Counted from the whole stretch's first letter, positions 37,396 through 49,787 are shown. The stretch: DNA of 63,674 nucleotides, filler included, from Octopus bimaculoides (GCF_001194135.2; 6 parts of 5 records of this genome joined end to end with filler, not necessarily neighbours in it); one strand, 5' to 3'. Numbers and translations are program-made. Notes: generated by a model from the sequence alone, not told the origin.

Positions 37396-37591
37396 TTTTA
37401 ATTTAATTCAACAATGACTTTAAAACACCGATGATCCACTTCTTATTGTTAATTATTGCTCCATTTCGTATCGTCTCTATATATTAAGCCACGGTTTTAC
37501 CTGTAAATTACCTACTACCGTATACCTTATAACGAGGACCATACATACTGAGGTAATACACCAGGAGTGCCTACAGATACATCTATCCCTT

Positions 37592-37859
37592 CCAGCCTAT
37601 CCACCCAACAATACCCCTACCCCTTCTACCACAACTCTAACAATCACTACACCCCCGACTTCAACAGCCATTTTTTAGACAGAGGGGAGAAAAACAGGCA
37701 CTACCGCTAATACAGGCCCATCAAAAGAAAACTAAAAAAACTAAAATAATAAACCTCTCTAATAAAACCCTTACACAAACCCAAATTAACATCCTAGCCA
37801 GAGGCTTAAAATTCACACCCACCCCAAGAACACCCAACCCCCTGAGATCAAGGATGACA
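37592..37859 (+). mobile_element. Penelope-like element, N-terminal ORF fragment
   Basis: KIINLSNKTLTQTQINILARGLKFTPTP is the NLS..L....LL.KGL.F.PTP motif upstream of PLE RTs; truncated by a gap. Confidence 0.8.
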
Positions 37860-38209
37860 NNNNNNNNNNNNNNNNNNNNNNNNNNNNNNNNNNNNNNNNN
37901 NNNTTAATTAATTAANNNNNNNNNNNNNNNNNNNNNNNNNNNNNNNNNNNNNNNNNNNNCGACCTTGAGATCACATTATGCTACAGTTCACACAATTGAG
38001 GCAGAGCGCACGCACGCATGCATACATACACAGATACACACAAACACACACACTCACACACACATTATACCTAGACTAAGAATGGAATTGATTTACGGAT
38101 GTTTTCTTTTTCTTTGCGAGAGTGAGGAGTGGGGGTGGGGTGAGGTTTGTTTGTCATTTCGTTCTTTTTTCCTTTCTTTCTTTACCGTTATCAAAAATTT
38201 ACTTTTCAG

Positions 38210-38885
38210 TGACCGAGTGCCTTTACCGGAATCCGCTGAACCAAAGACCCAACAGCTGTAAACCCTTCAACAGTGGAATCCCAACCATTGGTGGAATAAT
38301 TCGCCAGAAGACTGCCCTTCAAACAGAGATGGAAATGACACCAAAAGAGTTCCTCAGTCGCTGCAAAAGTGCGCCTGGCTCCAGCAGGTCCAGTCCCAAA
38401 CCATTTGTTTTCCAAAGACAATCCACATTTCATCGAAACCAATGCCGGGAGTACCAGGTTCCAGACCAACCTAAACGGCCCAGTACTTGCCATGTTGTTC
38501 CGTCAGTTCAAAACAAGGACCTTTTCTACAAGACACGATCACCAAAAAGAAGCGAAGGTCTGGTCTTAACAAATAAACAGGTGAACCAATCGTGGAAGAA
38601 CTCTCATAACGATGTTGACTGCTCTTCAGTTGGTCGTCGAATTTCGCAAAATGACTCACCGGAGAATTCTCTTACAGAAGCTATTCCTAAAGAAAGATGT
38701 GATGACGAAAAGAACAGGGTTTCTGTGTTGAACTACGAGGAAGGGCAAGAGATAACAATGACGTGTAAGAAAGTTCGATCTTTAGCCTTGAAAGAAGCTG
38801 AGTTATACAATCCAGACAGCTACAGGCAAAATCTGAGAAAAAATGGCTGGTTGATGCAAGTGGAAGGAAATATTTTTGGACTGAA
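38210..38885 (+). CDS. Large coding exon of an unrecognised protein (S/P/K/R-rich, probably disordered)
   Basis: Stop-free for about 225 codons with non-repetitive composition. Acceptor TTTACTTTTCAG (phase 1), donor GTAAGT at 38886 (phase 2). In-frame ATG at 38329 is an alternative start. Confidence 0.75.
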
Positions 38886-39442
38886 GTAAGTTTCTCTGTA
38901 GAACAAATCTGGGTTGATGTCTAACGTTAGTCGTTTGTTAATGTCAGGTGTAACTTATTAAAATTGTTTTAGGGGATAAAACTGTATTCGAATAAACGAA
39001 AATAACTGTAGTGGAATATAAGAGCCACCAGAAACTGGATGCTTGTATACAATAAGTTTAATGGGGATTAGAATATTACAGACCAACTATTCCCACGTCT
39101 GGGGTGGTATAGCGGTTACATACACGAGACAACTTCGATAGCATTCAAAAGCTAATTTGCATGAAGTCGTTGTTCACCAACACATTTCAACCTCTGGCTC
39201 TACAGAAATCTTATTCTGCTTCCTCACTCTTCATCTTCTATCGCTACTGTGATGGCCTCTGCTCTTCGAAACTGATGATCCCGTGCCGCTACCATTCAGG
39301 TGCATCCTTCCCCACATCAGCTAAATTGCGCACTCGCACGCACGCACGCACACATCCATACACATAAATACGCACACATAACCACACAAGAATTCCCCCC
39401 TTGTTCATGTTTTTGCAACAGCCGTCAACTTGTAGCTGTACA

Positions 39443-39635
39443 AGAATTGTTAGCACGCCGGGAGAAATGCTTAGTGGTATTTCGTCTGTCGTTACGTTCT
39501 GAGTTCAAATTCTGTCAACGTCGACTTTGCCTTTCATCCTTTCGGGGTCGATAAATTAAGTACCAGTTGCGTTGATCTAATCCTAACCCTAACCCTCCCC
39601 CAAAATTTCGGACCTTTTGCCTAGAGTAGAAAAGA
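39443..39635 (+). mobile_element. SINE family A (intronic)
   Basis: GTTAGCACGCCGGG.GAAATGCTTAG...GAGTTCAAATTC...TTTCATCCTTTCGGGGTCGATAAATTAAGTACCAG. Confidence 0.85.
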
Positions 39636-39647
39636 TGCTTATAATTA

Positions 39648-39685
<38 letters not shown>

Positions 39686-39722
39686 TGTTATTATTATTAT
39701 TATTCCTTGTGATTTGTTTCAG

Positions 39723-39927
39723 GCAACTTCCAGTCCGACTCCCTTATTGGGTGCCAGTGGAAGTAAGAAATACCAGAATAGATCCTCCAGCGATCCACGT
39801 GAAAGATTCCCGACCATTTTTCTACAACACCATTCCCAGCCAACCAAAAACGGTTTCCATCGCTGCTCACTGGAATTCGGAGACAATTTTCCGAAAACAT
39901 CGAGATTATGTGCAACGTTCTAAATGA
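39723..39927 (+). CDS. Terminal coding exon of the same gene
   Basis: Acceptor TTTGTTTCAG; phase 2 joins AA|G to give K-QLPVRLPYWVPVEVRN...IAAHWNSETIFRKHRDYVQRSK*; AATAAA at 39939. Confidence 0.75.
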
Positions 39928-39964
39928 CCAAGTGAAATAATAAAGATCTTTGATAATAATAATT

Positions 39965-40135
39965 TTATTCCAAACTTTAGCGCAAGTCCAGCAAATACAG
40001 GGGGTGAGGGGGTTAGTCGACTGGTACTTTATCTTATCGAACCCCCACCACCGCCACCACCACCACCACGAAAGATGAAAGGCAGGATTTGAACTCAAAA
40101 CGTCGAGCCGGAAGAAATGTCGCTAAGCATTCTTA
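39965..40135 (-). mobile_element. Degenerate SINE family A
   Basis: Plus strand CTGGTACTT..GAAAGATGAAAGGC..GATTTGAACTCA..GCTAAGCATT is the reverse complement of the family core. Confidence 0.7.
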
Positions 40136-40262
40136 CAATTATTATTTTCCGATTGATTTGCATTTTTTTTTTCATCTTCCGACCGAGTCTCAACCAGAGA
40201 TCGAAGAAATGTATATATCAGATGGAAAGAAACTTGCTGAGAATGTGATGTGGGCGGTTAAT

Positions 40263-40440
40263 ATCAACACAATTGTTTGAGTCTCAAAGATTGTTGGTTT
40301 CCCAGGGATCCAGGCAAAAGAAATTTGTCAATGCCTTTCTTGACCATTCTCAGGTTACCCACAACAACACGGATGGTTTTGGTTTTTAAATGCCACATCT
40401 CAGATATATCAATCTCGAGGTCCTTATATTTCCACATCTT
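40263..40440 (-). mobile_element. R4/Dong 3' fragment
   Basis: KYKDLEIDISEMWHLKTKTIRVVVGNL, homologous to 9530-9620; lies next to an (ATT)n tract. Confidence 0.8.
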
Positions 40441-40493
40441 TTTCTTTTTGTTTTTGAAAAACTGTCGAAATATTACTATTATTATTATCATCA

Positions 40494-40528
<35 letters not shown>

Positions 40529-41507
40529 ACTAATATTATTGTTGTTATTGTTATTAGTTGTATTTTGGGAGAACTGGCGCCTTCAAAGGGATTGCCAGAA
40601 AGATTACCTCGCTTGTGTTTAATCAAAACAAGCTTTCGAACATTTTCAGTTATTTCTATGTAAGTGTTATTCTTCTTCTTTGAGACATAAAATGTTGGAT
40701 AACCTCATCGTACAATGAACCACTTTGTTATTAGTTTTGAAAACAAATTGAGATCGAAGTTATTTGATGATATTGTAAGAAAAAATGTTATTGTGAAAAA
40801 ATTGGTTTTAGTTTAAGAATTTTGAATTAATTTAAACGTACAACTTCTCTGCAAGAAAACGAACATGCGACCGGACTTGTCCAAGCTGTCGCGCACCCTT
40901 CGCCATTAATTCTTTGCCATTCTCCCATTATCCTACGATATACGCGGCACCATGTTATGATACAATGGGCTGTGAGGTGTGCAGTGTTATTTCAGGACTC
41001 CCAATGCCAGCAAATTTCAAGCAGGGGTATAACGAAAGTTTTCCATCAAGATTTGTGATTAGATTAATGAGTAAATTTGATATTTATAATGAATTTGACA
41101 TTTTCGATGGGTGTGCAGCACACACCTAGCACACCCGGAATATCCACCCCTGATTCTATTTTGTACAATTGTACAAATACCTCCCAAACTGTGAACAAAG
41201 CGTAACCGAAGTTCCTCGTTGACTCTGGCCCCGATGGGGCCAACAGTAGTAACAACGTAATGTTAACGAGGGATTGGTTGTCTTGTTAGATTAATGTTGA
41301 GTTAAATCCTTCTGCACGGAAAAAAGTTGACTTCGAAAGACTGGGCCCCTAGCCAGGAGAAGATTTGTCTCTCATCAACAGCAGCAACAAAACGGCACTT
41401 CGACGTTTTTTGCAAAATGGCACAAAAAATTCTGAGGTTTTGGCTTTTTGTTTTCGTTTTTGTTTTTTGCTGTTTCATAATCATCATCGTCATTATTATT
41501 TTCCTTA

Positions 41508-41730
41508 TTAAGGCGACGAGCTGGCAGAATCGTTAGCGCGTCGGGCGAAATGCTTGGTGCTGTTTCGTCTGTCGCTACGTTCTGAGTTCAAATTCCGCCA
41601 AGGTTGACTTTGCTTTTCATCCTTTCGGAGTCGATCAATTAAGAACCATTGAAACAATAGGGTCGATGTAATCGACTAGCTCCCTCCCCCAAATTTCAAC
41701 CCTTGTGCCATTAGTAGAAAGGATTATTAT
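41508..41730 (+). mobile_element. SINE family A, full length
   Basis: TAAGGCGACGAGCTGGCAGAATCGTTAG head, B box GAGTTCAAATTC, core, and GAAAGGATTATTAT tail. Confidence 0.88.
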
Positions 41731-42300
41731 GCATAGATAGATAGATAATTTGCATTGAAGAAAGGCGAGGAATTGAACATTGACCGAAGAGTAAAATATA
41801 AATGTGTGCGTGCGCACACACACACACACCTGTATATAAAAGATTCTCGTGAAGTACGAAGTTCTTCTTCATTGTCCCTTCCTCACTCAGACAGACACAA
41901 GTGTTCCGCAAAAAAAAAAAAAAAATTTATCTCCCCCCACCCCACCACAAAAATATTTATTCGGAAGAAAATATTTGTTGACTTTACTTGCAGAACCATG
42001 AGGAACGCAGTTGCCAGTAAGGCTGACCACTTTTTTCTTTTTTTTTTTTTCCAATTCATTCTGTTTACTTCTTCACTTTTACTTTTCTGTTCTCAGTTGA
42101 TTCAGATATCGATTAATGCGTTCGATCAAATAACTTGCTTGACTTACGGCCAAGTATTGGAACTGAATTGATCGAGTGTCCTGTATACCACTCCTCCTTC
42201 AAATATGTCACTTTCTGTCTCAAAATCCATATATCCACCTATATATATATACATATATGGGTGGGATTGAATTGGCTGTCACTATATATTATCACTATTA

Positions 42301-42522
42301 TTGGGTTGGTGCATAATTATTGCGGGGTTTTTTTCCACAAAAATAATAACAACATGCAACAAAAACATCTTTAAATGATTATTCCGGAGCATATTCACCA
42401 TCTACTTCGATTACTGCTTCCCATTGGCTTGGCAAACGGTCAGACCGTCATTTGAAGATGTTTTGTTGAATAAAATTTGCTGAAAAAAAAAAAAAAGCCG
42501 CAATAATTATGCACCAACCCAA
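42301..42522 (-). mobile_element. Non-autonomous mariner (Hsmar1/cecropia-like TIRs), 222 bp
   Basis: TA|TTGGGTTGGTGCATAATTATTGCGG ... CCGCAATAATTATGCACCAACCCAA|TA; internal minus-strand LPSQWEAVIEVDGEY resembles a mariner C-terminus. Confidence 0.93.
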
Positions 42523-45500
42523 TAATTACTGTTGATGCCCACCACATCGAAAAGATGAAGCACAAGATGGATGAACCCTTGTAGTTTCGAACTCAATGTA
42601 AAAGGCTATAATTAAACACCACAAGGTATTTAGGCCCTCAATCAGTGTGTGCGTTCCTGATGGGGTGCGGTTACTTGATAAACGAGCAAGATTTAAGCTG
42701 TTTTAATTTGACATTTTGTCGTAACTTTCTGTAGTTTCCATTTGATTAATGCCAGATTTAGCTTTATCTTATCTTGAGTAGATATAATTACTGTTTCATG
42801 GGGTTTTTAGCCCTTAATGATCCCAACGGTGAGTAGCCTACTGCAGCCCAGACCTTACCTACCAAATGGATAAAATTTCGAAAGCCATTTTTTTTTTTTC
42901 TAAAATAAAATCTCGTCAGAGACCTTAACTACCGAGGACCCCTTTGCGCATTATGTCCTTGTTCTTTGGAAAGACCACTCTAACGATATCCCATCCTATT
43001 TGTGCGCGCGCGTGTGTTGGAGGATTCCAGAAAATCTAGTCCCTAACTTTCGCATGCAATAACAAATAATAATGAAAGTCAAGTCTGATTGCACAAACTA
43101 ATGATCAACGGCTTTCCACCCGTGACTGCATTATCTAACGTGATCTATTTTCAGTGACCGAAAAGCCACATACAACAACGTAGTTTTAGATATATATTAT
43201 TCCAGGAAAAAGTCGAAACGGTCATGGCTGGAACTAACATCTACGACTAAGTTTTATGAATTTGAAATAAATATTTCTGCGTTTTGCCTCCTTCAACAGC
43301 CAAACCTATTTCTGTAATCTCACTGAGGAATAACTTTAGTAACATTATTTCTTAATTATAATTTAATAAAATACCAACATTTTAAGCGTATCCAGTTTCA
43401 CTACAATTTCGGTATTCAGTTCCAATCTTTCATGTTCCGAGTTCAAATTACGTAAAGTTGACGCAAAAGGTCAACTTTACTTTCTGTCCTTATCGAGGAG
43501 AGAAAAATAAAATAGGAGTTATATACTGGGGTCGATTTAATCGATTATTACTAGTGCTTCCCAGGATCGTTATGTAATGGTAATACAGCTGGGAATCTCG
43601 GAGGAATCATTTTGTTTGTGTTTTAAGTGGGGATGGCCATGTAAACCTCTACAACCACAATACTTCGTGTAGCGGGAAGGATTGTCGTTGAGAAAAATAA
43701 TGGTAAAACACTGCCACAGATTATGTAATTCTTTAGTGCCCCCTCCCCCAGAAGAAACTGTCGACTGTAATTAAAAATTACAATAATTTCGTTAATTATG
43801 CTAATCTATGTTTGCTGCGCTTATGTGGAGTGAGGGAGTGCGTTGCGTTTCTCAGAGGCCCATAAAGCTGTTGAGATGACACTGCTTCCAGGCCAAATTT
43901 CCGTCAACCAAATGTTCCAAGATATTAGTCAACAAGAGACTTACACAGAAAATCTCTGCCTAACATGGTACACAGTTGGATCGAACCTGAAACTTCATGG
44001 TTACGACAACGCTGTCTTAGGCAGTCATACCTTCGACTACATGAGTTCAAGTTTTCAGGGTTAACAAAACAAGTACCTGTCATATATTGTTATCTTTGAT
44101 ATGAATTTGTATCTTTTCAGTAACCTTTTGGCAAATGGTACTTCTTGGACACTTCATGATTTTGGTAAGGAATTCTCGCTTCCAATTATTTATATTTTTA
44201 TGAGTTTGTTGGTTGTTTTTTTTTTCATATTTGTTAGGATCTGTTGTTGTTTAAGCCCAGTCCGGCTCGAGTTTAAGATAAAAATGTATTCAGTCATGCC
44301 ATCCTGACATTTTCAAGACAATAATCTCTAGAACCACATTCTGCAATGTGGCGTGTTGTATTCAAGTCACTTCATTTCACATTGCTCTAGTTTTCTCAGA
44401 AGCAAATGAATACAACCCTGGTTCTAATGCAGCCCTCTCCCTTCAACTGTCACATCTTCGAAGTTTCACTGGGTTAAAGTTAGAGGATCGAGGGGACACT
44501 TATGTCTACCCATAACTGCCAAGACATCTGCAGTAACTGGCGAAAGCCTGGTACAAGGTCTCAAATCCAACTCGATTACGGGTGACAGCTTTTGTTTGTT
44601 ATTCTGATCCACTTGATTTTAAAAGAAGGTATGGTGTAATAAGATATAACTATTATCTTTAGCAGATCGGCCGACCACGTAGGAACTCCATCTTTCACTC
44701 GTATATATTCATTGTGGGTTGAAGCATTGATTCAGGGTTGTTGGTGTTCGATCCCAGGTCAGCCTTCACAGAAGAGAGATACTTAGCGTTCTAACAGTGA
44801 CCATCCTTCATTAAGACAGTAAGTGCTTCTTGAGGGAATTTTGGCTTGTCTCTCCCCATTCTCTCGTAAACACTAATGGTGCTGTTGTAGTTGTAAAAGG
44901 CACCACAACCGTGACCATCCCATCCATTTTTAGTGTATTGTCTTTGAAAAGGTTACATTATCCAATGTGACCTTTTGTAGATACGGAACCGCATTCTCCG
45001 ATATCTGGGTGAAGTTTCCTAACGTTGGTGTGTTAAGGTCAATGTAGTTATTTAATCTCAGGTAGCTGAGTCAACCTATGATCAGAGAAGTTCCAGCCGT
45101 GATCATCTTGTCATTTTACTAGACGAAATAGTTCCCAGGCAAAACTAGGAACCGTATTTCCAATTTTACTTTCGTCTGGCAAGCGATAGGCAGATGGTTC
45201 GAGATCCGCTGGTGGAACTGTTCCTCTTTTCACTCTCAAATTGCTGTTTGCAAAAGGACTCTTCTGTCTTCTGTCTTTAGTCATACGGCCTTTTGCAGGC
45301 CCAACCGTACTGCAGTGATCGATCATTTGATCGGCTGATGTTGCTGTTCTTGTATAACCTGACGTCGGCTCTGATTGAGCAAACCTACAATCAAACATTC
45401 CAGTCGTGACCATCCCATCTGTTTTGTATATACAGGACTACATTATCCGCTGTGAGTTTTTGTCATTTATTTTTCCATATTTAAAAGATATTTTTCTTTT

Positions 45501-46019
45501 TCTTTCAGTCCTTCCCATTAAACGATGGCAAAAACATTGTGATAGGTAAGCAGCTTGGAACAGTTGGTAACTCACACTTGCAATGTCCTCTTCGTATTTC
45601 TGTGTCAAAACAAAATGCAGCCCTCCTCACCACACACAATCCCTCCCTCCCCCTCTCACACTCTCCAAAGACCTATCCCGAAATTTGAACGTCCGCTTTA
45701 GCGAGTCCCATCTCCAAGAACATCTCCTGACCCTGTGAGCTATCATCCAAACATGCACCCTTCCAACATCTCAAATGTGATTGAGACGGTCATTAACAAC
45801 ATCATCATCCTTCCTGCTCCTTAATCACCGTCAAAGGAAGGCCTTCTTAAACCCCAGACTCTCTGGAGACTTTCTCTCCTCCATCACTCACCTCGAGAGA
45901 AAGAGCGAGAAATTTAATGAAAACCAAGACGTTCTTGCATTTCAGTCGTTCCTCTTAAACATCGTGGGCCTGATTGCCGTCACCTCCATCATCATCCCAA
46001 ACTTCCTACCGAGGTCATC

Positions 46020-46150
46020 TTTGCCTTTCATCTTTTCGAAGGTCGATGAAATGAGTACCAGTGAAACACTGGGTCGATGTAATCGACTAGTCCCCCGTTC
46101 CCCTAAAATTTCAGACCTTCTGCCCTTAGCAGAAAGGATTATTATTAGTG
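46020..46150 (+). mobile_element. SINE family A, 3' half
   Basis: TTTGCCTTTCATCTTTTCG..GGTCGATGAAATGAGTACCAG...GAAAGGATTATTAT. Confidence 0.8.
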
Positions 46151-46697
46151 TTTAAATTTTGTCCATCACTTTTCGAATTTCTGTCAACCATTCACGTTGT
46201 CCATCTGTCCGTTTCTGATTCTTCTTGTTTCATTTCTGCTAATTATTATATAATTAAATGACTTCAATTAAAATGTCATGCCTTATTGTCTTTTATTTTG
46301 TAGTGACCAAGTCGTGTCCGAAAACCCTTACCGAACAAGGAGACATAGTTATTCTCGCTGACCATACAAGGACCCATCCCTTCGCGTCGTGTCAGCACCA
46401 ACATAGACATTATTTTAATGAAGTAGCGATCGCTGTTTACCGTTTGCAGTTCCAGTTGAACGGAGACTGGAAACGTCGCTGTACTGCAATGGTAGAGATA
46501 GGTTTACACTTCAACACCCTCTCTCTATCACCAGCGCATTTTCCTCCCTCTCATTCTCTAGCGCTCTCTCTCTCTCTCTTTCCCCGCCCCTCTCTCTNNN
46601 NNNNNNNNNNNNNNNNNNNNNNNNNNNNNNNNNNNNNNNNNTTAATTAATTAANNNNNNNNNNNNNNNNNNNNNNNNNNNNNNNNNNNNNNNNNNNN

Positions 46698-46812
46698 TGT
46701 AGAAACTCTGCCAAATTTAGATTGGAGCCTGGTGTTGCCATCCAGTCCTCAGTCAAATCGTCCAACCCATGCTAGCATGGAAAGTGGACATTAAACGATG
46801 ATGATGATGATG
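46698..46812 (+). mobile_element. RTE-type 3' tail fragment
   Basis: TGTAGAAACTCTGCC...CATGCTAGCATGGAAAGTGGACATTAAACGATGATGATG; same family as 52903. Confidence 0.8.
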
Positions 46813-46955
46813 AAAGGGCTTCTTTCAGTTTCTGTCTACCAAATCCACTCACAAGGCTTTGGTCAGCCTGAGGCTACAGTAGAAGACACACAGTGGGACT
46901 GAACCCGGAACCATCTGTTTGGGAAGCAAGTTACTTACCACACAGCTACTCCTAT
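46813..46955 (-). mobile_element. SINE family B, 5' half
   Basis: CTTCTTTCAGTTTCTGTCTACCAAATCCACTCACAAGGC...GGGACTGAACCCGGAACC. Confidence 0.8.
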
Positions 46956-46958
46956 ATT

Positions 46959-47005
<47 letters not shown>

Positions 47006-47019
47006 GACGGGCTTCTTTC

Positions 47020-47623
47020 AGGTGTAGAAGTGATACCATGTTTTTAGTGAGAAACTCACGAATGAGGAGAGTTCAGTCACATGCTGCATTGTCGTTGGGA
47101 AGAATCCAATTCTTCATGCTCCACAGATCTGGTCACTTTCACCAAATGTCCTCCTTCAAACACTCCTAAACGTTGCAGCAGAACTCTCAAATGATTGTCT
47201 ACTTCCGGGGGACAAAGTTTTGATTCACAATACCACATTTCTGGAGGTGACATTTATGGCAGGTCTTCCAGAGACATTCTTCCACTTTTGAAGTACCTAT
47301 GCTATTCAAAACATTGCATACAACCCATTGCCTCATCATTGTAATCTTGCTAAATCATGCTCAATGTCTCTGTAGAAAACTTCCCAAGTTTAACACAAAA
47401 TTTCATGTTGGGTCTCCGTTCCTGTCCATGAGAAAATCACAGAATATAGCAGACATGTGATAACAAAAACACAAATTTCACAACTTGCAAAGCAAACACA
47501 GTGATGTCTCTTGGCACACTGCCTCATGAAGGTCACTGCTAGCTCTTGCTGTACAAGCATCCATGTGCTGCCATCTGTTGGTGCACTACAGAACTAGTCC
47601 TGGAACTTTTTGATACTACCTTG
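47020..47623 (-). mobile_element. Internally deleted mariner
   Basis: TA|CAAGGTAGTATCAAAAAGTTCC terminus at 47623. Minus-strand KFCVKLGKFSTETLSMI..EAM..QCFE.HRYFKSGR resembles the mariner HTH, followed by a decayed DNA-triplet region near the second catalytic Asp. Confidence 0.8.
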
Positions 47624-47635
47624 TATCTTATCTAC

Positions 47636-49050
47636 GCATAGCATGATTACAGCTGATATCAGTAGATCACTAACAGAACTGGTTGATCCTGGTCGTTGAC
47701 TATTTCTTGTCTGTTCATCCACTCAGCATCTAGTGATATTTGCCATTGACTCAAACATCTGGCTTGTGTTTTTGTCACATTGGTCTTTCACTTGCTGAAA
47801 TATCTCATCTGTGCATGCTGTGACTACAGATGAAAACAATAGTTGGCTAAGTGAACTGGTTGATCCTGACTATTGACAGTTTGATGTCTGTTCATCTTCT
47901 CAGCCTTTAGTAATATTCACCATTGACTCAAACATCTGGCTTGTTACAATTACAGTTGCTAGTTGTAGTTCACTAACAGAACTGATTGATCTTGGCCATT
48001 GACTCTTTCTTGTCTGTTCATCCACTCAACATCTACTGATATTCACCATTGACTCAAACATCTGACTTGGGTTTTGGACTCATTGATCATTTGCTGTGAT
48101 TACAGATGACAGCAGTAGTTCACTAACTGAACTGGTTGATCCTGACTATGGCCAGTTTGACGTCTGTTCATCTTCTCAGCCTTTAGTAATATTCACCATT
48201 GACTCAAACATCTGGTTTGTGTTTTAGTTTCATTGATCTTTTGCTAGCTGAAACATCTCATCTGCACATGTTACAATTACAGTTACTAGCTGTAGTTCAC
48301 TAACTGAACGGGTTGATCTTGGCCATTGACTGCTTCTGGGCTGTTCATCCACTCAGCATCTACTGATATTCACCATTGACTCAAACATCTGACTTGGATT
48401 TTAGTTACACTGGTCATTTGCTATGATTACAGATGACTGCAGTAGTTCAGTAATTGAATTGGTTGATCCTGTCTCTTGTTAGTTTGTTGTCTGTTTATCC
48501 TCTCAGCATTTAGTAATATTTGCCATTGACTCAAACATCTGGCTTGGGTTTTAGTGACATCAGACATTTGCTAACTGAAATATTTCTTTTCTGCATGCCC
48601 TGACTACAGATGATAGCAATAGTTCAATAAATAAACTGGTTGATCCTGACCATTGACAATTTCTTGTCCATTCATCTGCTCAGCATTGATTCAAACATCT
48701 GACTTGGGTTTTAGCTACATTGGTCATCCACTAACTGAAATATCTCATTTCTGAATTCCATGATTATAGACGATAGATATAATTCACTAATTGAGCTGGT
48801 CGATACTAGCTATTGACAGTTTGTTGTCCATTCATCTTCTCAGCATATAGTGATATTCACCATTGATTCAAACATCTGGCTTGATTTTTAGCCACACTGG
48901 TCATTCACTAACTGAAATATCTTACCTCTGCATGCTATACTTACAATTGATAACAGTATTTTGCTAACTGAACTGGTCGATTCTGGCTGTTAATCGTTTG
49001 TTGTTGATTCATCTGCTCAGCATCTAGCAATGTTCACCATTGACTCACTA
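47636..49050. repeat. Diverged satellite: nine units, basic monomer 177 bp
   Basis: The anchor (A)CTGGTTGATCCT and variants fall at 47678, 47855, 47981, 48131, 48308, 48458, 48635, 48795 and 48972; conserved core CCATTGAYTCAAACATCTG. Confidence 0.92.
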
Positions 49051-49669
49051 AGATTTATTTGTCAAATATCTCACATCCAATATGCTGCATCCTATGAATT
49101 CGATGTACCTTGCCTCAAGTAATTACATGCTGTTCAATACTATATACAAACTCTAGATTGACTTGATTTTGCTGCTATTTCTAGCATGTTGAGCAACCAC
49201 ATACAAACTTTGTTGTTGGTTTGATCAGCTGCAATATCTAACATACTAAATGACCACATAACAGCACCACCACTCCCCAACCATGAACTTGATTTCACCT
49301 AGTTTAATTCATAAATGTCTTTACTACTTAGACTTCTGTATGATTCATATTCATATCCCAGGAGAATATTATAACAAAGAATAATGATCACGTTTGATAG
49401 TGCAACATCATGGTAATGATAGAACTCTTGCATTCAGGATACTTTCCAGAATAATTCCAGATCTACTTTGGATGGAATATTCATAAGCTTCATTATTTGG
49501 TCCAGCTTAATTAATGCATGCATAAATAAATAGATATATACATTTATGCATAAATTTGCATATGATGGGGAGGAAAGGTATTTTAATGCACACATGTAAA
49601 TACTTCGTGTATATTTGTATGTATGAATACAACATCTCCAACTGCATAAATTTATATACACACACATAA

Positions 49670-49708
<39 letters not shown>

Positions 49709-49787
49709 GTTTTTGTCGTCATCGTCATCATCATCCTCATCATGTGTTTGTATGTGCACACACACAACACACATATATATTCTTCTT

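Larger units (their letters stand above)
36790..37591. repeat. Inverted repeat: 333-bp arms (36790-37122, 37259-37591), 136-bp spacer; inverted pLTR of a second PLE
   Basis: The arms are reverse complements with scattered mismatches; the right arm runs directly into PLE N-terminal coding sequence. Confidence 0.92.

Noticed and set aside
47636-49050. CRISPR array, miRNA cluster or snoRNA cluster
   Set aside because: The inter-core sequences are homologous rather than unique spacers, there are no cas genes, the longest hairpin I found is about 11 bp, and C/D boxes are not properly ordered.
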